The notes: a model not told the origin generated them from the letters alone. A stretch of 64,000 bases of DNA from Diplonema japonicum (GCA_964019335.1 OZ025704.1:310001-374000); one strand, 5' to 3'; counted from the first letter of the stretch, positions 43,676 to 57,200 are shown. Made by a program: numbers and translations.

Positions 43676-45990
43676 ATGCATGCTACCTTCAATAGCGTAT
43701 CGGGAGACGGCTCTCAGCCCCTACACGTTGAATTGCAACCGTCGGCGCCACCTCAACAGCGCTTTGATTCACATAACGGCGTTGAAGGCTTCCTGCTGAA
43801 CAGAGGGAAAGGAACACCTGTCGCCCCCATTATCACAGTACACAACTATGAAAGCCGATCAAGTGCGTGCCTTGAAAGCTTGAAGATCCATGTGGACATC
43901 CAGTTGGCTACAGCTTTCGTTACATTCAAAGGGCTAGCGCGGATCCCAGATAACCACCCTGCTTCTTTGACACGGTGGAAGCTTTTGACACCAATGTCCG
44001 AAGAGGCAACAATGCTGTCATGCAGCATCCACATAAACCCTGGCAGACGGGGGCAATCTCCTGAATCGTACTTTGAAACAGTTGTCGCTGACAATGATGC
44101 CGCTGCAGAACCAATCAACAACACCAGCAATGCCGGCATAAGCAGAGACGATGACCCCTTCATGTCGAAGGTGCCCTTTGACGCATTGCCCTTTGATTAC
44201 GTCGAATTCACCACCAGCTATATGGAGCCTCTTGTTTACGATCACTCCACTTCCTTGTACACGTTGGGAGTCCCCCTACTTGGGTGCACCAACAGGTTTG
44301 CCCCCAAGCTGCAACCCGGAGTGACGCTTAGCGAGATAGTTTACGTGACATGCCACCTCAATGGTTACGGCATACAATATCAGCCGAACACCTCTTCCAT
44401 ACCCCTCAACAAGATTGCCGGGGCTTCCAATAACTCTCAGTGGCTGCAGTCTGTTCCCGGGAGGTGGGAAGGCAAGGACCTGTTCGTGAGCTACATGGTG
44501 AAGAAAGCGGAAATGATCACCGGCTGCTGCCTTGTGGAAGACTCGAGCATGAACGTGACAGTTCCGCGTGGCGTCCCAGTTTGGTCTGTGGAGAACGCAC
44601 AGACCTGCAAGAATTTCAACCCGTACCCCGACCACTCGAATTTTGCTATTTTGCTCAACCCGCCTGTGAAGCCTGCTGGCCAGACAGGTCATTATGCACG
44701 CAACTTTGTTTATTTGCTTGACATCTCCGCCTCCATGAATGGCTCTCGCCTCTTAGCTGCGAAGAAGGCTCTATGCACCGCTCTTGATGACTTGAATCCT
44801 GCAACGCGCGATTTCCCTGGTGACAAGTTTGCCATCATCCTTTTCAACCACGCAATGCAGATCTTTTCCCAGTTGCAGATAGCCAGCACTGAGAATGTGG
44901 TGGCTGCCAAGACAGGGCTCCTTCACGTTTCCGCGAATGGCGCTACAGAGATATCCAAGCCTCTCCAGGAGGCTTTCAATATGTTAGACAACTCGGCGGG
45001 GGCACTTCCTTTCATTGTCTTGGTATGTGGCGCTTTTTTTATTAATATTGTTTAGCAACACGACAGGTGACTGACGGGTGTGTACACAACGAGCCGCAGA
45101 TTGTGAAGAAAACGACGGAGAGGTACACGGCACTGGCGCAGAAAGGGGTGTCGCTTGTGCCCCGTATCCTGACATTCGGGATCGGGAGCAACTGCAACCG
45201 GTACTTCCTGAAGATGCTCGCAACGATCGGACGAGGACACAGCAGCATGGAGCATGCCACCAACGAAGGTGCCGTCGCCTGGAAGATGCAGAGGCTAATC
45301 TTAACGGCGACAGGACCGGTCCTCACGAACATTGTTGTAAAGGATCAAAACGGGGCGGAGCTGCAAGCAGAGATGACACCCTACCCCGTTCCGGACTTGA
45401 CATGCGGTGCACCTGTCGTTGTCTCAGGGCGTGTTCCTATCCACAACCTGCCCAACACAGTAGAAGTGCAGGGGATGCTGTGGGATGGAAGCCCTTTTTC
45501 GATGTCCTTTATCCCCGAGCGTACACACTGCCCTATACAGAAGGTGTTCACACGGTTACACCTGGAAGCCCTCATAGCCCGCATGTGGATGGAAAGAACA
45601 CTGGGAAGTTCTGCACAGGCCGACATCCTGCAGAGGGACACCGTACTGCTGTCGACGTCGACAGGCGTTCCATGTGATGTGACGCGTGTTGTGTCCGTAC
45701 CGATGACCCCACAGCAGAACAAGCAGTACCACGAGAAGCGGGACCAGTCACGGTCACAGGAGGCCATGGCGGACGTCGTCTCCACCTCTATCTGCGAACT
45801 CTCCAACTACTTAGTTGTCTGCGCGTTTGAAAACCTGGATGTGATCTTCGGGCAAGCGGACGTTCTCACTACAGAGGTGCTCTCGGCACTGGCGGACACA
45901 GTGGACAAGGGGGGCGATTCAGGGAGCGGATGTTCCTTTTCCTGTTGCAGTTGCAGCTGTGGAAGTTGTGGAAGTTGTGGGAGCTGTTAA
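43676..45990 (+). CDS. ~756-aa von Willebrand factor A domain protein (VIT-like N-terminus; ITIH/vWA5A-like); exons 43676-45022 and 45067-45990
   Basis: MIDAS motif YLLDISASM, plus NGATEI and FIVL|VTDG rejoined by intron 45023-45066 (44 nt). RILTFGIGSNCNRYFLKMLATIGRG and PYPVPDL are also typical. Cys-rich C-terminus. Confidence 0.9.
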
Positions 45991-47039
45991 AGGTGAGCTC
46001 TTAAAAAAAAAAGAAGGATTTTTTTTTTTTTTTTTCAAGGGTGGTCCTCGAGTGGGATTTGCCCTTAAACATCGCCTTTTTTTTTTTTTTTTTGCTTACA
46101 AGAAACTGAGCATGCTTTTTAGAATAACAAAAAAGAAGAGTATATATTATCTTCCACCATTCACTGTCCTGTATCTTTATCACCTTGACGGCACTGTGCA
46201 GTGAGCTTCATTCGCTGCGCTAACCGTCCTCCTATACCTTCCTCCCTAGTAACAATAAACATCAAAAATTAAAGAAAAGAAAAAGGGGGGGTAACTGCAC
46301 AATCAAACCCTTAAATTGAATGGTTTTTCTTCTTCTTCTTTTTTTTTTTTTTAAATCGGTTTGTCACATATTGCTCCCCATTCCTTGGTGTGGTTTTATT
46401 TTAAAAAAAAAGAAATGAAGTTGTTTTGCTGTTGTTGACCCCCCCTTTTTTTTTTCCCCCCCAGGAGACAGTGCTTTGTTGGTGTAAGCTCTAAACGACA
46501 AAAAACTGTTTTTTTCATTTTTGTGTTGCGACTTTTTTTTTTTTTTTTGCTTGAACAAGAAAAACAATTGATAATGAATGGTTATTGCTAAAAAAAAAGA
46601 CCCGATTGTGCACAAAAAAACGCCCTCAAAAGAATAGATGTGGTTTTTCTCTTGTTTTTTCTTTTTTTCTTCTTTCCCAAAACCTCTGTGCCTTGTGTTT
46701 TCAATGCTCCACTCCCGCAATTTGCAAGGGAATTGCATTAACTTTTTTTTTTTGTTACAAATATTTATCTTTCAAAAAATGATTTTGTAACTATATGCAA
46801 CTTGTGCCGAGCAAAAAACCTTCGCAGCTTTTTAAAAAACCTTTTTTGCTCGTGCGAACAACAAAGACATATAGTCATAAAGAATTTTTTTTCTTTGAAA
46901 GAGAAAAAGAAGGTATTTACTTTACTTTTGAGTTTCTCAGAATTCTCCCCACACTACTCTCTTCACACTTAATGCAATTACTTTTTTTTTTTCTTAAGAA
47001 GTAGAAATTCAAAAAAGAAAAGAAAAAAAAGACAATTAA

Positions 47040-48843
47040 CCATCTACCAACGGACCATTTTTGCCCACCAGGGGGTAAATTTTCAAAACTTCAAAAAAAG
47101 CCATTCCAGCGCAACGCCGGGGCTATATGCCCCCGGAAATGCCTCCAGATGTCCCAATTCTAGAGAGAGGGTGCCCACAGCAGGGTCCACCCCCACAACA
47201 TTGTCAAAAATATCGTTCCTGAAGTGCCCGAGAGGGGATACAAAAAACAAGTCAAAAAGAATCGACTGTAAAATTCTATAAAAAGCTATTTAAGGCCTTC
47301 TTGACGCGGTTCGTATGTGCCCCAGGGCTGGGGGACTTCTTTTTTGACCCCGGGAGGGGTTTCTGGGGGGTATCCCCGGCAAGGTGGTAGTCTTTGAAGC
47401 ACGGAGTCACGCAAAGTTGTACCAAGCAGGCTGAACACTGAAATAGGGGTCTTTTCGACTTGCAATGCTTGCACCGCACGTTGCACTACTTTTTCGGGGA
47501 AATGGTCCCAGAAGGTACTGTCACGGCGCATTGGGGTCTCAGAGCACTCGTTCTGTGTTTCGGGGCATGGTATTGGGGCAGCCTGCTCTGTAGTTGACTT
47601 TATCTGTTGTTTAGACTGCCTCCCTAGTAGCCCTTCGATGACTGCCTCTTTGAAAGGCGTAAATCCACTGTCGTTCGTACTCAGGGTGTTGGGGGGCAAG
47701 GCTTCTTTCCAAACAAGCCAAGCATTCGCCAGAGATTTACCTAACAAGTACAAAAATACTTTTAGGGGCCACTTTTAAGTCATAAGGGAGCGTTTATGGC
47801 GTTTTGTCACAGCATCACCCAGCGTCGGTTCCGCCCATTGCGGTGTTGTAAATATGCACTTGGTGGGGGGCGGGATGTCCTTTCCGGCTTTCATTCTCTT
47901 TTGGCGGACACGTCAAATTCGACTTCACCGGAACATCCAACGTCGATAGAAAGCACGCTGGCATGATGTCATGCCACGTTGTGGTGCAAAGGATGCTCGC
48001 GTGCTGGTGGAACTGGGTGTCCCCACGGGATGCGCGTCCTTGGCATGCGGCCTCGCTTCTTTGGGGCATCCATGATCTCCGGGAGGCCTTTGCGATAAGT
48101 AGAAGTCAGCACGCTTGTTTGTTTCGCTGTGGAAACACAGATTTCCCAGAATAGTCAAAAAGCGGTCTCTTGACATGACGGTGGCGTACCCAGGGGTGTA
48201 GTTGAGAGACGTGGCCAGTGTGCCAGTAATCAGAATAATCTGGCTTGATATCCAAGTCCATCGACAAAAGGACACCTAGGAAGGTATGCAGAGAAGCAGC
48301 ATCGAGATCCAGGGAGACACCTTTTTTAGCCGCATTTGCCACATTGTTCGAAGTTATGACCCGAATAACGTTTGGGACGAGCATTTGGAGAATATATGGT
48401 ATGGCATTGAGCCTTTGATGTCAAAACAGGGTCCACAAGGATTTCGATCTTCACGAAACCGGATGCCTTCCAACTGCTCCGGCTTTGCCGTCCAATCACC
48501 CTGCTGTGACTCGGAATCGGTCGAATTCGTATCAGAATCACTGTTTGTATCAAAATTGCATAATAGGGATGAGCCATCAGTGCTGCCATCACTCATAACG
48601 TCCTCTTCCAGCCTCTTTCCGGGCGCCTTTTTTTGAAGTGATTTTTAAGGGTAAATTTGGGCTGGCGTTTTTTTCATTTTTTCATTTTCTTGTTAAGTTA
48701 GGGCAGCATTTAGTTTATTTTTTTCATATTTTCCGTGCAGGACCCCGCCGGCAAGAAAGGGCCGGGCCGTATTGCATTGAAAGCCCTTTGCGTAAAAGAT
48801 TTTTTTTCAAATCGTCTATATATAGACGCTCGTTGATAGATGG
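47040..48843 (-). mobile_element. piggyBac-superfamily DNA transposon, 1804 bp, with both termini intact
   Basis: TTAA at 47036-47039 and 48844-48847. 13-bp TIRs ccatctaccaacg (47040-47052) / cgttgatagatgg (48831-48843) with one mismatch. Internal transposase remnants. Confidence 0.93.
47276..48596 (-). pseudogene. Frameshifted, internally deleted piggyBac (PGBD-like) transposase
   Basis: Fragments in order across different frames: acidic N-terminus; FLGVLLSM...PDYSDYW; MSRDRFLTILGNLCF; WHD..FLST; P..VHIYNTAMGGTD; KWPLKVFLYLL..LANAW; C-terminal Cys-rich CKHC..CSAC.VQLCVTPCFKDYH. Confidence 0.9.
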
Positions 48844-49672
48844 TTAAGTGTTTTCGAACCCTTTGTGTACAGAGCGTCATTGCAGTCAGTGCAAACATTG
48901 AAGAATGTTGAAGTCCGGTACACAATTACCTTTCTACAAATGGACCAAAAGAACAAGCCTTTTGTTGACAATCGTTTCTTTTTTTTTCAGGTGGTGGGGA
49001 TAACATGAAAATATAAGAAAAACATCAGATGTGTTGTTCGCTGTTGACCTCCTCGTCGGTCATCACCGGTAGCGCCCGAGTGGAAGAACATAATGCAGAT
49101 GCTCAGGGTGACGAACAGGCAGCAAACTGCACGAGCGCAGAATCTTGGTTACCGGGACGCACCGGCTGGGGTTGAGCTGTACACCGCACGCATTAAGGAC
49201 ACGACGCGGAACGCAGAAGAAGCTACAACTCGGCCGCGGCGCGCCCCCTGTAATCAAGTAGACAGTTCTTGTGCAGAGCGCCGCCAACACCGGCCTCCTT
49301 TAACTCATATATATATATATTTTTTTTTTATAATGAATGGACAGAAACACTTGTTTGTTGTAGTTATCCAAAAGAATGTTTAGCAGGCGTTATGCGTTTG
49401 CAAATAGTTCTCTTTATTAGGAAGAAGGTCTTGTTACCCGTTTGCGCACAAAAAAAAAAAACAAGGAATAAAACCCCGCCCTTTTATTTTTTTTTCCCCC
49501 CCTTCTTTTTTTGCAAAAAAAAAAAAAAAAAAAAAAAACCCGACTAACAAATTATACGTTTTTTTTTGCGCTTTTTCTAGCTTTTCTCAAATTTCCTATT
49601 ACCCCACATCTTTATCGCAACTGATCGCGCACCCCAACAAAGCACACAAAAAAAAAAAAAAAAAATAAAAAT

Positions 49673-50611
49673 ATGCTCATAAACACGATAGCTGCCATTG
49701 CAGTAGCGCTATGGATAGGCACGCACATGTCGGTCCATCAGATAAGAGAAGGATATGTAGGCGTGTACTGGAGGGGGGGAGCCTTGAGACCGTCCATTTC
49801 ACAACCAGGGTTGCACACAATGATTCCCCTGTACGACACCTTTGAAGAAGTCCAGGTCACCATGCAGACGGATTCCGTGAGCAGGATACCCTGCGGCACC
49901 TCCGGTGGGGTCATGGTGACCATTGAAAACATCGAAGTAGTAAACATGTTGAAGCCCGACAAGGTCCTCTCCACCATCAAAAAGTACGGTGTTCATTATG
50001 ACAAGATATGGATATTTGACAAGATCCACCATGAGATCAACCAGTTCTGCTCGAAGCACACGCTTCACGAAGTGTACATCGAGAAGTTCGATCACCTTGA
50101 TGAGATGATCGCCACGAAAATTCAAGAAGGTTGCGATAAACACGACACTGGAATTGATATCATAGCAGTTCGAGTCACAAAACCATCAATCCCCGCTAGT
50201 ATCGCTAAGACATTCGTCCAGCTTGAAGAATCTAAGCAGAACTTACTTCTCCAAAAAGAGCAGCAACGATTGTTAGAAGTAGAACAAAAAACAATTCTCA
50301 TGAAAGCAAGGGCTGAAGCTGAGCGGGTCAAGGATGTTAAAGAGATCTCACTCAGCCAAAAGATCATGGAGGCAGAGTCGTCAAAGAAAATCGCAGCGCT
50401 CAATGATGAAATGATCTCGCATCAGATTCGTTCGAAAGCAGACGCTGAGGCCTACAGCATGTCAGTTCTTGCGGAAGCTGAGAAGCAGCGGCTTACCACC
50501 AACAAGCTTCGGGAGACACTTTATCTCTCTCTCGCCAACAACACCAAGATATACTTCGGGGACTCGATCCCGAACATGTTCAACCCCTTCCTTGGCGACC
50601 AGAAGATTTGA
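49673..50611 (+). CDS. ERLIN: Erlin (SPFH/band-7 ER membrane protein), 312 aa
   Basis: N-terminal hydrophobic anchor; GVYWRGGAL, QVTMQTD..IPCGTSGGV, IEVVN, DKIHHEINQFCS, AVRVTKP and NNTKIYFGDSIPNMF are characteristic erlin motifs. Confidence 0.95.
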   Translation: MLINTIAAIAVALWIGTHMSVHQIREGYVGVYWRGGALRPSISQPGLHTMIPLYDTFEEVQVTMQTDSVSRIPCGTSGGVMVTIENIEVVNMLKPDKVLSTIKKYGVHYDKIWIFDKIHHEINQFCSKHTLHEVYIEKFDHLDEMIATKIQEGCDKHDTGIDIIAVRVTKPSIPASIAKTFVQLEESKQNLLLQKEQQRLLEVEQKTILMKARAEAERVKDVKEISLSQKIMEAESSKKIAALNDEMISHQIRSKADAEAYSMSVLAEAEKQRLTTNKLRETLYLSLANNTKIYFGDSIPNMFNPFLGDQKI

Positions 50612-50672
50612 AAGGAAAGCGGGGGGAAAGTGTTTTAGTGGTGAAGGTACCTCTTCCTAACCTGGGGGCTTT

Positions 50673-50713
<41 letters not shown>

Positions 50714-51201
50714 ATAGAGAGAGGAAATTGAAATAAAGATAAAAGGGTGAGGAAGATACATAAAAGTGAAACTTTTGTGCACCGCCGAACTAGGTTTTTT
50801 TTTTTCCTTCTTTTCCACCGCAGGCACCAAGACGGCAACCGCATAGCGGTTGGCCGATTGGTGTGAATTTCTTCCTGAACAGTAAGCACTCCCATGCACA
50901 CTGAGATTTTATCGAGGTTTTCTCTTTTTTTTTTTTAAATTTATCTCTTATTTTCTGACAAGAAAGAAAGATCGAACGTTCAAAAGGGGGTGCAAAGTGA
51001 GGGCTGGGGAGTATTTCTTTCTCTTTAAACAAGTCAAAGAAAGAGGAAAGCAAAAAGGTTCACCTTTTTTCTCTTCTGGGGTGACACGTCAAGGGGCAAA
51101 GAGAGACGACAACGGGGTAAGGTTTTTTTTAAAAGAGATTACTATTGTTTCTAGATTTGCAAATTCAATCCTCTTCAGCACCATGGAGTGAGCAAAGCAA
51201 C

Positions 51202-54200
51202 ATGAATAGATGTATGCAGGCCATGGCCATGCTGGCATGGGTGTGTGGTGTGGGGGGTGTCACAAGGACGGCTACATTGACGCAGACTATCAGCGTCAGT
51301 GTTCCCACGAATACTCTCACAGAAACGGTTTCGCTACCCACAGGCACTGTCAGTGTAACCATGCCGACAAGTACTTTCACGGAAACAGTGTCGCTAACGG
51401 AGTCTGTGAGTATTCCAACTGGTACCACCTCGGAGACTGTGAGTGCTTCGCTACCTACAGGCACTGTCAGTGTAACCATGCCGACAGGTACTTTCACGGA
51501 AACGGTGTCGCTAACGGAGTCTGTGAGTATTCCCACGGGTACCACCTCGGAGACTGTGAGTGTTTCGCTACCCACAGGCACTGTCAGTGTAACCATGCCG
51601 ACAAGTACTTTCACGGAAACAGTGTCGCTAACGGAGTCTGTGAGTATTCCAACTGGTACCACCTCGGAGACTGTGAGTGCTTCGCTACCTACAGGCACTG
51701 TCAGTGCAACCATGCCGACAGGTACTTTCACAGAGACGATGAGTATTCCCACGGGTACAGGCTCAGAGACTGTGAGTGTTACACTACCCACGGGTACTGT
51801 CAGTGCAACCTTGCCGACAGATACTGTTACGGGGACGATGTCTCAAACAGAAACTTCGAGCTTTTCAGAGTCAGTTTCTGTGAGTATTCCTTCGGGTACC
51901 GTCACGGGGACAGAGAGTGTTACACTTCCTACGGGCACTGTTAGTGAGACTGTTACGCTGCCGACAGGGACGGAGACATTTACTGAGACAGTGTCGCTGC
52001 CAACTGCGACAGAGAGCACGTCGTACACAATGCCCACTGCGACGGGCTCTGTGACACGGACGTCAACAATGACAGAAACGGCGAGCATGACGGAGACAGT
52101 CACACTCTCGTTGCCCACTGCCAGTGGGACTGCGACAGTCTCGTACACGCAACCCACGAGCACTGCGTCGAAGAGCGTTACTATGTCACTTAGTTTGTCG
52201 GCAACTTTCTCTCTCTCCTTCACCGACTCTGCGTCGCTGAGCATGACGCTGCCCACCATGACGTCCTCTGATACCATGTCCTTGACCCTCACCGACACCT
52301 TCTCGCTCACAAGTTCCTTTTCACTGACGCAGACCTTTTCACTCACAGCAACAGCTTCTTTCTCCGAATCGGCCACATTCAGCCAAACCTTAACCGACTC
52401 CCAATCCCTATCTGCGACCTACTCCGAGTCACTCTCCACCACCGACTCCGTCACGCAAAGTCTAACGCAAACCTTCACCGAATCCCTTACCGACACCTTC
52501 TCTCTCTCGCAAACCTTCTCGCTGTCCCTCACCTTTTCCATGTCGTTGACAAGTACTTATTCATTGTCTCAGACCTTCTCCCAAACGGCAACCTTTTCCG
52601 CGACAGCGACCGACTCCTTTTCTTTGACGGAGTCAGCGTCACTCACGGCTTCGGCGTCGCTGGTGGGCGACCCACCCGACGGGAGTATGGTGGTCAACTT
52701 GAAAGGCGGGGTCCTTATACGGTCAGGATGGGTCGCACGAGACGGGGCATATGGTAGCTCAGACGATGCACCGTGTGACACGATGGAACAGTCACTGGAC
52801 CTTGGTCCTGGACAGTCTGTGGTACAAGTAAACACGTCACTGCCGCGCGGCTCCCTGAGTGTGGGTGTGTGGGCACGTTCCGTGACAAACAGCAGCAACG
52901 GTGGTAATGTAGTCTCCATCGATACCCAAAAGCTGGGCGGTCCTGCGTGCTTCGGGTTAGCTGTGTTCAAAAGTATAGTCATGATCGTGGATTGTGATGG
53001 TGGTCCGGTTGCGGAGAGCAGCACCGCAGTGCCCGAGGTCCCCCTGGGCTGGTGGGTGCATTGGGGCGTCGTGTTCAGCAATGCGAAGCTGCGTGTGTAT
53101 ATCAACGGGTGGAGTGTACTGAACCACACGTGGAGTGATGTGCATAGCTACGAGGGGGCTTCAGAGGTGCTGCTGGGCAAGGTGGGGAACGCAACTAATA
53201 CAGGCGTGTGGAGGTTCAACGACTTCCGGTTGTACTCGGGGACGGTCTTTCCAGGGTCGATGATGGGGGGGTGCACCTCAGAACCGGCAAAGCTGCCTGG
53301 CATGAAGTACGTTCGAGTGCCAGGCCAGATCGCGTTGTCACCGGAGGTCCAGCTGTACATCGGGCTCGGTGATTGCTTGGAGCAGTGCACCGCCTTGGGC
53401 TGTGCTGGGGTGGAGTGGATCAGCCCCTCGCGCAGCGACCCCGCTACGTGCAAGGTGTACTCGGATGCTGAGCTCAACACCTATGCCGTGTCGTCTTATG
53501 CGTCAACTAGATCTTTGTACCTACCTGCAAACCCGGCTCACGCATTCCGTTTTGAGGGAACACCCCAAGACTCCATAGGCACCCTGCGGTTCGACAACTT
53601 GCAGTTCTCACATAAAGGACGCTCAGGAGGGATGGCAGCGCACCTCACAAGCGGTGTGTCTGCGACGACTGAAGGGTCTGAAGGTAGACTCCCCAGCGGG
53701 TCAGCGCCTTGGACGGTCTCCATGTGGGTTTACAAGATATCAACCCCGTCTGGCAACGGTCGTGCCTTGTGGTCTATAGGGGAGAACTCCACGAATGTCG
53801 CGCTGATATCTCAGCCCGATGACACGCTGCGGGTGTCGTGGGGGTCGGAAACGTGGTATCCGAATGTCACGCTCCTAGCCGGGTGGCACATGCTGCAAGT
53901 GGGTTACGATGGGAGGATGCTCCATGCACAGGCAGGGTGCCAGCACTTCGACTCTATCGAGGCGGACGTGACCACATCTGGTGGGGCGTTGAAACTTGGG
54001 CGGAGGGTGAAACGAATCTACAGCGGCGAATGGCTAGTGGACGATCTGGTGGTTTACAAACACTTCACGAGGGACTGCGGCGAGCTGAACGTATTGGAAA
54101 ACCCAACTGCTCCTTACACAGTGACACTCGTCGGCGAGCCTACGTTTGTGAAGAATGAAAAGTACACGACCAGAAAGCCGGACTTCCCTTTGAGAGGTGC

Positions 54201-57200
54201 CACACCATTCTCGCTTGACTTTTCTGTGTTGTGGTATTCTAGTACCTTCTCACGGTGTCACTTTTCGTTCGGAAGTAGCGGTACGGACTCTGTCTTGTCG
54301 TTGTGCACCATTAACACGGTGTTCACAGTCTACCTTAGCGGCACGTCGTACCCCATAGCGAAGGTTGCTTCTGATGACCTGTGGCATACCTACAACATAC
54401 GGCACGATGGCACGGTGTTGCAGATAGCCATAGATGGTGTGCGGCAAGAAGACTTCCCTGTCTCGCTTGATATAACATTGGGCGACGTAGCTTTCGGTTC
54501 AAGGCTCATTGTTTCAGGATCAACAAATAACTGGGGTAACTGGCAGTACAAAGACGCGGTGCTCACCACCGCGTACACACCTCTACCTGCCGCAACTGAG
54601 GTGAAGCATGCTTTCACCACTACTGCAGAACATAAACTGTTCGGCAGGTGGCCCTTTGACCACAACACCCGGGACGCTGTCGGTGCGTCGCATTTCAACA
54701 CCAACGAGAACAAATACGGCCCCCCCATGCAGGGTATCTCTTCAATGCTGATCCAGGAGGATACAACAAGCACCGCGATTTCGCAAACGTCAGACCTTAT
54801 CGAGTTGCCGTACTCTTTCACTCTTGGCTTCTGGCTCATGGTGGTGGGCGGCTCTGGGACCTCTACATCTACCATACTTGCTGTCGACACTAACAGGTTC
54901 CTCATCAGAATCACCACCAGCTACACCCTAGAGATGTATGAAGCACCCTGGGCAAGAACCAGGAGCATCGCAATCGACCTCTCAGACACGAAGTGGCATC
55001 TGGTACGTCTGCAAGTTACCACTTCCTCTGTGGTGGCGCAGGTAGACTGGGATACCACCACCGTGTCATTGCCGCTCAAGTATGCCCTTGGAGGCGGAAC
55101 CATGAAGGTAGGAGATGCAGGAGGCTTCCGGTACCTTTTAGACGACATGAGGATGTACACGAGTGCTGCCCCGCAAGATCTGTGGTACGAAGGCGCTGCG
55201 CTGTCGGTGAGCAGCGTGCCTGGGTTTGCAAGTGAGTGGTCTTATTGCTCGGACGAAATGGGGGAATGTATGTGTGACACTGCAGTTCGGTACGGCAATG
55301 GGAACCGCTTTATGTATGGCCCGCTGCCGGCACACAGGCAGTACACTGAGTGCACCCCCGCAGCAGTGTCTGCTCTCTCGTCTGGTGCCTCTGGCGGTGC
55401 TACCTTCTCAAGAGTGGCTTATCGATGCCCTGTGACAAGCAACGTTATTGTCAACGGGAGCATGCCCTATCCCACTATTTCCGAGTGCGAAGGTGTATGC
55501 GCTTCTGATGGGAGATGTACTTTGTGCGCTTCTTATTGCGGTGCTGACTACGTGAAACACTACTATATGTTGACAGAGTGCACCACACGTACACCCGAGT
55601 ATGTGAGGGGTGGGTCTGCCTGCGGGGGTGGCATTAGTGAAAAGTCTTATGTGAATGACCCGGCCTCGGGGTACACAAAGACGTGTCAGTGCAAGCAACC
55701 AAAATGGACGTGGTGCGCAAAAGAGAACGAGCAGTGCGTGTGTAGGAACGGACGGATGAGGTTCGGGTACAGAGACAGCTGGACGAATGCCGTGCGGGAG
55801 GGTAGCGGGCTGTGCTCTGCTGAGATGTTTCCACAAACCGTTGGTACAGAACAAACACGGAGCTGTTATTGTTCTGGTGATGTGAAGTTCTCACGTGTGT
55901 GGCGGGGCACTGCAGGGTTTCAGTGCACAGCTGGTTCAAATGTTTACAGAAGACTCTCTCTTGACAAATGCAAAAAGAAATGCACGCCGCAGACCTGCAA
56001 GGGTTTCTCAATTGACAGTGTCGGGGACTGCTATGTGCACAGCTCTGGAGAGTCGTGCTATCCCTCGAGGGCTTCGCAGAATATTACCTACTACACTTGG
56101 TCGGCAGCAGGCAGCTCGGGGCACGATTTGTGGGGTGTTGTTGGGAGGTGCTCTGATGAGCCGTTGGCGGAGACGACGAGCTACGATCTGTACGACTGCC
56201 AAGGGGTGTGTGACAGTACTAGCACGTGTTCGTATGTCACCTACAATGTGCGAAGCCTCACCTGCACCTTGTTCGAGACTTGCGGCATCACAGACGCGAA
56301 TGACCTCTACAGTCACGGCAGGGTATTCAAAAGGCCCAGGATCGATGCGACTCTTGCTTCATGGGAATCAACTGATTGCATACGAGGCGACTGCTCTTCA
56401 GTTCTTAGTACTGGTGCCCTGCATACTGGTGAAGGATTCACATTGGGTTTACAAGTCTTGCGCGTCACAGGGCAGGGAGACTTGACTGTTGACGTGGGTG
56501 ATGTGACGCTGTTGTTGTCAGCAGACTACACAACGCTAGGGCCGAACAAGACGTCAACTACAGTTGCGCCACTGGGTGAGTGGCAGTTGTGGAGGCTGGT
56601 CTACGCGGCAAACGAACTGCTGCTCTTCAGCGACGACACGCTTGTCTTCGCCATGCAACAAGAAAGCGTCCTCACGTTGAGTGCCCTCTCTATCATTCAC
56701 AGCGCAGCTTATCGTTGGAGGGATGCGAAGCTTCTCCGTGGGTGGGGTGCAAGGCACCATTGGAGCACAATCGTCAACAGATGGGATTTTGAGACCGACC
56801 CGTCCAGCAGTCACGTCATAACCAAGGATATTGTAGCATACGTGGGCAGCCCTCGTGAGGGGACTTTTGCTGCCACCTTCAATGAAGACGGCGAGATCGA
56901 GTTGGCGCTAGGTGACGTGAAGCTCTCCGGGAAAGATCCCATGACTCTCGGCCTTTGGGTGTACTGGTCGGGCGGCAGTTCAACCATCACTGTGATCAGT
57001 TTGACGTGCGAGAGCGGGGACCTGAGCATGGGGGTCAGCTCAGAAGGCAAGGTGATTGTAGCAGGCACCACCAGCACGGCCTATAGTATCGCTCAGTCTG
57101 CTTGGGAGCTGCTTGTCATCACGTCTGATGGCAATGGCGTGGTGCGGGGGTACCTGAATGGCATGCAAGTTGAGAAGGTCTCTGTTACGATGTCGGGGAG

